Below are positions 23,013 through 30,415 of a stretch of 32,000 bases of DNA, in pieces (the stretch's first letter is position 1; every line of letters starts with the position of its first letter). The position numbers and the translations under genes are program-made. Source of the stretch: Synechococcus sp. A15-28 (GTDB taxonomy: Bacteria > Cyanobacteriota > Cyanobacteriia > PCC-6307 > Cyanobiaceae); contig NZ_CP047931.1 of NCBI RefSeq assembly GCF_014280175.1, positions 330,001 through 362,000 on the forward strand, in the 5' to 3' direction. The notes below the pieces were generated by a model. The model was not told the origin of the DNA and ran no database searches. It worked only from the letters and a program-made list of their open reading frames with translations.

Positions 23013-25016
23013 TTGCCGCGAAACGGTTTTTCGGTTGTAAGCAACGTGTCTACTGCTGATTACATTCCATCAGTTTTGGTTGGTGAGGCAGTGACCTCTG
23101 AGCCTGGTCGCTCCAGGTATGAGTGGCGTAATCAGCGCTCTTTTACGGCGATCAAATCAGATGGATCAGTCGTGAGTTGGGGCAGCGTTTCAACCGATGG
23201 AGATAAGGATGTTTTTCGCTACACAAAAGAGGGGCCCTTCCAGCAGGTTTTCAGCAACAGGCACGCGTGGTCAGCCATCCGTTCTGACGGGAAGCTGATC
23301 ACCTGGGGGAATGGCGGTCGTGGTGGCGAGAAGCGCGATGCAAAAGACGACCTTCAGGATGGAGTTGTCAGAGTTTTCTCGACGAGGCGGTCGTTCTCCG
23401 CATTGAAGTCGGATGGGTCGGTTGTGAGTTGGGGGCAAGATCTAGAGGGAGGGGATAACAGCCTGGTGGCGGAACAATTGACTTCCGATGTTGTGAATCT
23501 GTTCTCAACTGGAACGTCGATGGCGGCCTTGAAGTCGGATGGCTCTGTGGTGACCTGGGGTCTCTCGACAGAAGACCCAAGGTCTGAATCTCTTGGGGGT
23601 GATATTGATACTGGCTCGCCCCGTGGCGGCGATAGCTCTGAGGTGGCGGATCTGATTGATTCAGGTGTTATTGATATTTTTTCGAGCCGTTACGCCTTTG
23701 TAGCGCTGAAAAATGATGGCAGTGTTGTGGCTTGGGGTGATCCCCTGAGAGGAGGCGATACTGGAGATGCTCAAAGACTTCTAAGAAAAGGGGTTCAATC
23801 CGTTGCTTCAACGGGCACATCGTTTGCGGCGCTGAAGAAGAACGGTCGTGTGGTGACTTGGGGTGATCCCTGGCGCGGTGGAAAGCGGAATGTTGTTGAT
23901 TTTCATACCTTCCATTGGACCTTGATGGAAGATGAAAGTGAGCCCCGGGTCATCGAAAGTGTCAGGAAGGATCTGCGTTCAGGGGTTACCGAAAACTTCT
24001 CCACGCGTTATGCCTATGCGGCACTGAAAGAAGACGGATCACTGATCACGTGGGGGCTTCAAAAGGCTGGTGGCTATTCTTCAGGGGTCCGTGATCGTCT
24101 GGAGGTTGGTGTAGAGACTGTTGCGTCGACACGCTATGCCTTTGCGGCCTTGTTGAAAGATGGTTCGATTGTGTCCTGGGGTGATAAGGATGCCCGTGTG
24201 ATGGACAAGTCGACGAGACAAGCACTTGCCAATGGTGCGTTTGTCTCCATCACCTCCAGCCGCTATGGCTTTGCGGCTTTAGCTAATGATGGTTCAGTGG
24301 TGAGTTGGGGCTCGACGGGATCTGCGGCGAACAACAAGTACCCCATTGACACCTCTTCAGTTGAGGAACAATTGTCAGGAGGTGTTGTTGAAGTCTTTTC
24401 GACGGGCTATTCCTTTGCGGCATTAAAGGAAGATGGATCTGTCGTGGCGTGGGGTGATGCCGCAAAGGGTGGTGATACATCTGAGGTCCAACAAGAGCTT
24501 GAAGAGGGTGTAGTGGCCATTGCCAGTCCTTTTACCGATGTTTCAACGTTTCAGTTGATTGGCAATCAGGTGACCAGCATCATTGACTTTGATCTTGCTG
24601 TGAATGCAGCAGGTGCTGACCATTTAGAGCTTGGTGGTCTTGCTCGATTGGCGGGTAAAGGAAATGATCGGGACAACCGCCTTGTGGCCAACAATGCCGG
24701 TAATACATTGTTTGGGCGGCAAGGAGCTGACTCGCTGATTGGTGGTCATGGTGATGACATCCTGCGAGGCGGTGCTGGTGATGATCTGATCACAGGTGGG
24801 TTAGGTGCCGATCAATTCGAGATGTCGAAGGGGTATGACATTGTCGAGGATTTTGCTCCCATGGACGGTGATGTTATTGGTGTGGATGATTCCGATTTGA
24901 TTTCGTTGAATACAACATCAACTGGGGTGCTGTTGTCTCTTCGTGGCACGGATCATGCCTTGTTGCTTCAAGGCATGGCGATGGACGATCTGTCTGGTTA
25001 CGACATTTTTGTCTGA
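23013..25016 (+). CDS. Secreted-type repeat protein with ten RCC1-like propeller blades and a C-terminal RTX (hemolysin-type) calcium-binding domain
   Basis: 667-aa ORF in AT-richer DNA. There is no in-frame ATG near the 5' end; candidate starts are TTG 23013, GTG 23046, TTG 23076 and GTG 23091. No N-terminal signal peptide is visible. The core [FY][AST]A[LI]K.DGS[VL][VI].WG repeats ten times. GGHGDDILRGGAGDDLITGGLGADQF forms GG.G.D nonapeptides near the C-terminus. Confidence 0.8.
   Translation: MPRNGFSVVSNVSTADYIPSVLVGEAVTSEPGRSRYEWRNQRSFTAIKSDGSVVSWGSVSTDGDKDVFRYTKEGPFQQVFSNRHAWSAIRSDGKLITWGNGGRGGEKRDAKDDLQDGVVRVFSTRRSFSALKSDGSVVSWGQDLEGGDNSLVAEQLTSDVVNLFSTGTSMAALKSDGSVVTWGLSTEDPRSESLGGDIDTGSPRGGDSSEVADLIDSGVIDIFSSRYAFVALKNDGSVVAWGDPLRGGDTGDAQRLLRKGVQSVASTGTSFAALKKNGRVVTWGDPWRGGKRNVVDFHTFHWTLMEDESEPRVIESVRKDLRSGVTENFSTRYAYAALKEDGSLITWGLQKAGGYSSGVRDRLEVGVETVASTRYAFAALLKDGSIVSWGDKDARVMDKSTRQALANGAFVSITSSRYGFAALANDGSVVSWGSTGSAANNKYPIDTSSVEEQLSGGVVEVFSTGYSFAALKEDGSVVAWGDAAKGGDTSEVQQELEEGVVAIASPFTDVSTFQLIGNQVTSIIDFDLAVNAAGADHLELGGLARLAGKGNDRDNRLVANNAGNTLFGRQGADSLIGGHGDDILRGGAGDDLITGGLGADQFEMSKGYDIVEDFAPMDGDVIGVDDSDLISLNTTSTGVLLSLRGTDHALLLQGMAMDDLSGYDIFV
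23139..24455 (+). repeat. Ten degenerate intragenic repeats (about 45-70 codons each) encoding beta-propeller blades
   Basis: The blade cores are SFTAIKSDGSVVSWG, AWSAIRSDGKLITWG, SFSALKSDGSVVSWG, SMAALKSDGSVVTWG and AFVALKNDGSVVAWG. They continue with SFAALKKNGRVVTWG, AYAALKEDGSLITWG, AFAALLKDGSIVSWG, GFAALANDGSVVSWG and SFAALKEDGSVVAWG. The DNA-level recurrence of GATGG.TC.GT.GTG...TGGGG is also visible. Confidence 0.8.
24654..24818 (+). repeat. RTX nonapeptide (GG.G.D.U.) calcium-binding repeat block
   Basis: Residues 548-602 read GKGNDRDNRLVANNAGNTLFGRQGADSLIGGHGDDILRGGAGDDLITGGLGADQF. Four to five consecutive nonapeptides are present. Confidence 0.8.
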
Positions 25017-26929
25017 TCCGGTCCCTGATCCAGCCTGAGAGAAGAGCAGAAAAAACGTTCCGTTTCTTCAAGCACTTCGATCTGTGTGGCCTGGTTGCGG
25101 AAGCCATGGCCTTCCTCCTCGAACAGCCGCACCTCCACCGGGATTCCGTTGCTGCGCAGGGCCTCGGCCATGCGTTCGGTCTGCTCCGGAGGCACCACCT
25201 TGTCCTGCAGCCCCTGGAAGAACAGCACCGGGCAACGGATGCAATCGGCATGCAGCAAGGGAGACCGTTGCTCAAAGATCTCCCGCTGCTCTGGCCAGTC
25301 GCCAACCAGGCTGTCCAGGTAGCGGGCCTCAAAGCAGTGGGTGTCCTGGGCCATGGCCGTGAGATCACATACGGCATAGCGACAGGCACCCACCCGGAAC
25401 ACATCGGTGAAGCAGAGGGCCGCCAGGGTGGTGAAGCCGCCGGCACTGCCGCCTTCGATGGCGATCTGTTCGGGATGGGCGCGGCCGGACGCGATCATGG
25501 CCCGCGCTGCTGCGGCGCAGTCCGCCACGTCCACGACCCCCCAGCTGCCATTCAGCCGTTCCCGGTACTCCCGGCCGAATCCTGTGGACCCGCCATAGTT
25601 CACATCCACCACGCCCCAACCGCGGCTGGTCCAGTACTGAATGGCCAGACTCAGGCCACGGCGGGCCATGGCGGTGGGGCCGCTGTGGCTCTTCACCAAC
25701 AGCGGGGCCGGTGTCGTCGTGTTGCTCCGAGGCGGGTAGTACCAGGCGTGGGTGCGTTGTCCATCGTGGCCGTCGAACCAGATCGGTTCTGCCACGCTGA
25801 TCTCGGCTTGGGCGATGGGGCTCTCCAGCGCAGGGGTGTGAACCCATGAGCTGGTCCCATCGGAAGCCAGGGAGAGTTCCAGCAGCCCCGCCATCGAGGT
25901 GCTGTTGCTGGCCACAGCCACGGCCCGGCCCTTGAGAGCCCGCAGCCCGGCCAGGTCGTCAAAGGGCTGATCGATGCGGCTGATCGTGCCCTCCAGGCTC
26001 AGCCGGTTGAGCGACCAGCAGCCATCGGCACAGGTGGCCGCCAGCAGTTGCTGACCGTCCCATGCGGTGGTGCTCATGCCGTAGATCCATTGCGGCATGG
26101 CGGTTTCGGCGGCCATCGGCCAGGGATGCTCCCAGCTGATTGCCCCTGGTCGGCGTCGCTTCAGGTTCCACCAACCGTCGCTGTCCTCCGCCACCAGCAG
26201 TGAACCGTCCGGCAGCCACTGGGGCTGGAACACCGAAACCCCCGCTCCGCCAGCGATCGTTCGGGGGTGACTCAGATCTCCCGAGCTGCTCAGATCGGCG
26301 CAGCAGAGCTGGCTGCTCTCCCAGGGCATGGCCGGTTGCTGCCATTCCACCCAGGCCAGTTGCGCCCCATCTGGGCTGAGGCAGGCATAACCGGCGAAGT
26401 CCGCCGGTTGATGCAGGAGCTCCGGCTCTTGCTCTGTTTGATCCAGCTCAGCGCATACCAGTTGATCCACACCATCGATCTCGCGGATCCCAAGCCAGCG
26501 GCGACGGCTCAGATCCAGCAGGCCATCGGCCAGATCCCAGTCCCCCGTGCGGGTCAGCTTCAGGGGCTGCATCAGCGGCTTGGGTCTGTCCGTGCTTTGC
26601 TCCGGCAGCTGCCAGTCCTGACGCCACAGGCAGCCGCCTGCAATCCATACGAGAAGCAGTGTCTCGCCATCGACTTCGCTGCACAGCACTCCGCCGCCGT
26701 AGTCATGCACCCGGCTTCGCAGGCTGATCGGGGCGGGGGTGAGTTCCGTTGGGGCCATCTCCGTGGCGCCGAAGGGGCGGATCAGAGCGGTGGTGCGTCC
26801 TTTTTCCTGAGGACGTTGTTCCAGCCAGAGCAGCCAGATTTGCTGGTTCGGTCCCTCCAGCAGCTGTGGTTCCTTCAGGCCAGGCAGCCTGCCGACAGCG
26901 ATCGATGCCGGAAGAGGGGTCGGAGCCAT
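24998..26929 (-). CDS. S9 family serine peptidase (prolyl oligopeptidase / acylaminoacyl-peptidase type) with an N-terminal beta-propeller
   Basis: The C-terminal alpha/beta-hydrolase domain carries the nucleophile elbow IAIEGGSAGGFTTLAAL, followed by the P.LFFQGLQD and EGHGF blocks (Asp/His). I prefer the ATG at 26929 (MAPTPLPAS...). The track start at 27061 would overlap def. Confidence 0.85.
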   Translation of the reverse strand: MAPTPLPASIAVGRLPGLKEPQLLEGPNQQIWLLWLEQRPQEKGRTTALIRPFGATEMAPTELTPAPISLRSRVHDYGGGVLCSEVDGETLLLVWIAGGCLWRQDWQLPEQSTDRPKPLMQPLKLTRTGDWDLADGLLDLSRRRWLGIREIDGVDQLVCAELDQTEQEPELLHQPADFAGYACLSPDGAQLAWVEWQQPAMPWESSQLCCADLSSSGDLSHPRTIAGGAGVSVFQPQWLPDGSLLVAEDSDGWWNLKRRRPGAISWEHPWPMAAETAMPQWIYGMSTTAWDGQQLLAATCADGCWSLNRLSLEGTISRIDQPFDDLAGLRALKGRAVAVASNSTSMAGLLELSLASDGTSSWVHTPALESPIAQAEISVAEPIWFDGHDGQRTHAWYYPPRSNTTTPAPLLVKSHSGPTAMARRGLSLAIQYWTSRGWGVVDVNYGGSTGFGREYRERLNGSWGVVDVADCAAAARAMIASGRAHPEQIAIEGGSAGGFTTLAALCFTDVFRVGACRYAVCDLTAMAQDTHCFEARYLDSLVGDWPEQREIFEQRSPLLHADCIRCPVLFFQGLQDKVVPPEQTERMAEALRSNGIPVEVRLFEEEGHGFRNQATQIEVLEETERFFCSSLRLDQGPDQTKMS

Positions 26930-26978
26930 GCCAGCTGGATCGGGCCAATTACCATGCTGTATCAACGCTGGGGTGGTC

Positions 26979-27584
26979 TTGGCCGGGAGTTTTGCGCAGC
27001 TGGCCCGAGCGGCTGAACAGTCGAGGGACACGATGTTGGTCCCGAAGACAGCCCTGGACACTCCTCCCCTCGAGATTCAAACCCTGGGAGCGGAGGTGTT
27101 GCGTCAGCCGGCCCGCCGCATCGGCAAGGTGACGGAGCAGACCCGAGAACTGGCCCGCGACATGCTCAGAAGCATGTACACCGCCAAAGGGATCGGTCTG
27201 GCGGCACCTCAGGTGGGCGTCCATCAGCAGTTACTGGTGATCGATCTGGACCTGGAGAACGCCACCACGCCTCCCCTCGTTCTGATCAATCCTGAGATCA
27301 GCTCCGCCAGCGCCACCATCGACACCTATGAGGAGGGCTGCCTGAGCATTCCTGGCGTGTATCTCGATGTGGTGCGTCCCACAGCCATTGAGGTGAGCTT
27401 CCGTGATGAGATGGGTCGACCGCGCAAGATGAAGGCCGATGGCCTGATGGCGCGCTGCATTCAGCATGAGATGGACCATCTCAACGGCGTGCTGTTTGTG
27501 GATCGCGTCACCGATGAAGCCGGTCTTCAGAAGGAATTGAAGGATCATGGTTTCCAGCGCCAGCACGTTCAGAGCGTTTCCTGA
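26979..27584 (+). CDS. def: Peptide deformylase
   Basis: GIGLAAPQVG, EGCLSIPG and QHEMDHLNG are the three Def motifs. The start is uncertain among GTG 26973, TTG 26979 and ATG 27033. From memory, the SFAQLARAAEQ-type N-terminal extension is conserved in picocyanobacterial Def, which favours the early non-ATG start. Confidence 0.88.
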   Translation: MAGSFAQLARAAEQSRDTMLVPKTALDTPPLEIQTLGAEVLRQPARRIGKVTEQTRELARDMLRSMYTAKGIGLAAPQVGVHQQLLVIDLDLENATTPPLVLINPEISSASATIDTYEEGCLSIPGVYLDVVRPTAIEVSFRDEMGRPRKMKADGLMARCIQHEMDHLNGVLFVDRVTDEAGLQKELKDHGFQRQHVQSVS

Positions 27585-27587
27585 TCC

Positions 27588-27785
27588 ATGCCGATGAAGC
27601 CCCTGGCCGGATTGTTTCTGGCCCTCGCCTGTGTCCTCGGCATCGCCACCACCGGCTGTGTGTTTGAACTGGCCTACGGCGATCCCGATCTCGGGGTGTC
27701 CACCACCATTTGGATCCTGGCCCTGGCGGCCCCCGCCACCGTGGCGACCCTGGTGGTGGCCATTCGTCTCAACAAACCGGCCTGA
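27588..27785 (+). CDS. Small membrane protein (65 aa, two TM helices)
   Basis: Its ATG lies 3 nt after the def stop. The sequence is MPMKPLAGLFLALACVLGIATTGCVF...TTIWILALAAPATVATLVVAI, with GC-rich third positions. No family is recognised. Confidence 0.5.
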   Translation: MPMKPLAGLFLALACVLGIATTGCVFELAYGDPDLGVSTTIWILALAAPATVATLVVAIRLNKPA

Positions 27786-27842
27786 TTGGGGGCGACTGAC
27801 GGGTCCAGCACTTTTACGATCCGTCCAGCTCAGCTCCCGGCC

Positions 27843-28397
27843 GTGATCTCTCGCCTTCTGCCCGCCGCCGCCGGTCTTGCCGTCGGTGTTGCCGCCGTGC
27901 CTGCAGTCCTGGCCCAGGGATCGCTGTTCACAGCTGTGCCTGTGGACACCAGCAAATTCATCCTGGTGTCGGCACCGATCGGCAGCGGCGAGCGCTCCCA
28001 GCTCAACATCTATGAGCAGCGGTCCGAGAAGCGGCCCTGTTTTGCCGTCAGCGGCAGCAATCCCGCCGTTGTCGATCCCCTGTTGTCGACCTTTGATTTC
28101 ACAGGCATCTGCAACCGTTACATCGACGGCAACGGCTATTCCCTGCGCATCGGTGCTGATGATCTCGGCACCCGTTACCGCCTCACCGTGGTGAACACCG
28201 GCAGCGACATGGAGCTGCTGGCCGCACCCACTCGGGATCGCAGTCAGCCCACCTTCCTGATTGCCAGCACCGGTGCTGCCGGCAGTGGCTTCCTTCAGTT
28301 CAACCTCGAGCCGGGCTGGACCCTGATGCGCCGCGCCTACGGCAAGAAAACCCTTGGCCACATTTACGTGTACCGCGACAGCGCTCCTGCCCAGTGA
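27843..28397 (+). CDS. Secreted cyanobacterial protein, DUF3747-like (tentative family name)
   Basis: The GTG at 27843 gives the signal-like peptide (M)ISRLLPAAAGLAVGVAAVPAVLAQG. The mature part carries LNIYEQRSEKRPCFAVSG...FDFTGICNRYIDGNGYSLRIG...LEPGWTLMRRAYGKKTLGHIYVY. The track start (TTG 27786) directly abuts the previous stop. Confidence 0.65.
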   Translation: MISRLLPAAAGLAVGVAAVPAVLAQGSLFTAVPVDTSKFILVSAPIGSGERSQLNIYEQRSEKRPCFAVSGSNPAVVDPLLSTFDFTGICNRYIDGNGYSLRIGADDLGTRYRLTVVNTGSDMELLAAPTRDRSQPTFLIASTGAAGSGFLQFNLEPGWTLMRRAYGKKTLGHIYVYRDSAPAQ

Positions 28398-28446
28398 CAT
28401 CCTTGCTTGCTTCAGCTGACGATCCAGTCGATCAGGGATGGATGAG

Positions 28447-29976
28447 CTAAAGCGGCTCTGGTGAGTGCATCACATCGCTGCAGCGGTAGTGGCTGGCCTC
28501 CGCCACCGCGTCGGAGCTGACCACGGCGTTTCCGTTCAGGTCGGCAACGGTCCGCGCCACCCGCAGCAGCCGAATGCCACTGCGGGTGGAGAGCCCCCGA
28601 TGGGCCACCAGGCGCTCCCACAACTGCAGAGCCGCCGGTGCGAAGCCAGCGTGAAACCCCAGGGCCCTGGCCGGTAGGTCCCGGTTGCAGACCCCGCCCG
28701 GGTTGCGCTGCTGCATGCGTTGCCGGGCGGCCGCAATTGTCTGGGGTTGCAGCCAGGGGTCATCGCTTCTGTGATCCCCCTGCAGGCAGCGGCGCATCTC
28801 CTGCGCCGGGCGTCGCTCCAGCCGCAGCTGCAGATCCAGGCGGTCCAGCAGTGGGCCCGACAACCGTTGCCAATAGCGCTGGCGTTGGCTCTGACTGCAG
28901 CGACAGCCGTGCTCCCGGTCGCCGTGCCATCCACAGGAGCAGGGGTTGGTGGCGGCCACCAGGGTGATCGCTGCTGGGAATGCTGTTTTCAGGCGCGCGC
29001 GGCTCAGCCTGACCGTTCCCTCTTCCAGGGGTTGGCGCAGTTGATCGAGCATGGGTCGTGGGAACTCCGCCAACTCATCGAGAAACAGCACGCCGCCGTG
29101 GGCCAGGCTCAGTTCCCCCGGTCTTGGCTGGCTCCCGCCCCCCAGCAGTGCCGCCGCTGAGCTGCTGTGGTGTGGTGCGCGGAACGGGCGCTGCAGCTGC
29201 ACATTCAGCGGCTGCTCCAGTTGGCCGGCCACGGAGTGGATGCGGGTGATGGTGAGGGCTTCGTCTGGGGTGAGCGGTGGCAGCAGCGCCGGCAATTGAC
29301 GGGCTAGGTGGGTTTTGCCGCAACCGGGAGGGCCGACCATCAACAGGTGATGGCCGCCAGCGGCGGCCAGGGCCAGCCCCCGCCCCGCCAACCCATGGGC
29401 CTGGATGGGTGCGGGTTCCGGTGGCTGCAGCTCCGGTCTGGAGCGGCAGACCCGCAGGCAGGGCCGGTCCCCTTTGAGCTGCTGCACCAGTTGCTGCAGA
29501 TCAGGGGCGGTGCGCACCACCAGGTCTGGAATCAGAGCTGCTTCATCGGCATTACCCGGCGGCACCACCAGGGCCTGGGCTCTATGGCGGGCGGCCAGCT
29601 CCGCGATGGCGATCACGCCGCGGCAGGGTCTGAGGCTGCCGTCGAGGCCCAGCTCACCGGCGCACCACAGCCCATTCAGGCGCGGTCGATCCAGCTGGCC
29701 ACTGGCCACCAGCAGCGCCAGCGCGATCGGCAGATCAAAGGCGGGCCCCTCCTTGCGCAGATCAGCGGGGGCCAGGTTGATCACCACCCGCACCAGGGGG
29801 CCGCGGAAGCCGGAGTTGCGCAGGGCGGATCGCACCCGTTCCCAGGATTCCTGGATGGCCTTGTCTGGCAGTCCCACCAGTTGGATGCCTGGCAGCCCTG
29901 GTGCCAGGTCGACTTCCACGGTGACGGGGTGGGCCTGCAGGCCCTGCAGCGATGCACTGAGACAACGTGCCAGCAT
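28447..29976 (-). CDS. YifB/ComM family Mg-chelatase-like AAA+ ATPase
   Basis: It has an N-terminal Lon-protease-like S5 fold (VEVDLAPGLPGIQLVGLPDKAIQESWERVRSAL). The AAA+ core has Walker A GPPGCGKTH and Walker B GVLFLDELAEF, and a C-terminal zinc-ribbon-like CSCGWHGD...CRCS follows. I prefer the ATG at 29976 (MLARCLSA...). Confidence 0.88.
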   Translation of the reverse strand: MLARCLSASLQGLQAHPVTVEVDLAPGLPGIQLVGLPDKAIQESWERVRSALRNSGFRGPLVRVVINLAPADLRKEGPAFDLPIALALLVASGQLDRPRLNGLWCAGELGLDGSLRPCRGVIAIAELAARHRAQALVVPPGNADEAALIPDLVVRTAPDLQQLVQQLKGDRPCLRVCRSRPELQPPEPAPIQAHGLAGRGLALAAAGGHHLLMVGPPGCGKTHLARQLPALLPPLTPDEALTITRIHSVAGQLEQPLNVQLQRPFRAPHHSSSAAALLGGGSQPRPGELSLAHGGVLFLDELAEFPRPMLDQLRQPLEEGTVRLSRARLKTAFPAAITLVAATNPCSCGWHGDREHGCRCSQSQRQRYWQRLSGPLLDRLDLQLRLERRPAQEMRRCLQGDHRSDDPWLQPQTIAAARQRMQQRNPGGVCNRDLPARALGFHAGFAPAALQLWERLVAHRGLSTRSGIRLLRVARTVADLNGNAVVSSDAVAEASHYRCSDVMHSPEPL

Positions 29977-30004
29977 TCGGCTGTGATGTGATGCATGGGG
30001 TTGA

Positions 30005-30391
<387 letters not shown>

Positions 30392-30415
30392 GGTCAGCCT
30401 CGCCAGAATGCAGTC

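Noticed and set aside
25106-27016. Plus-strand ORFs 25106..25849 and 26267..27016 inside the peptidase gene
   Set aside because: They are antisense to the S9 peptidase, whose GGSAGG nucleophile elbow and propeller region read cleanly on the minus strand.
27231-28400. 389-aa minus-strand ORF spanning def, the 65-aa ORF and the DUF3747-like gene
   Set aside because: It crosses three separate plus-strand genes, one of them def with all three catalytic motifs. The translation is Gly/Ala-rich and featureless.
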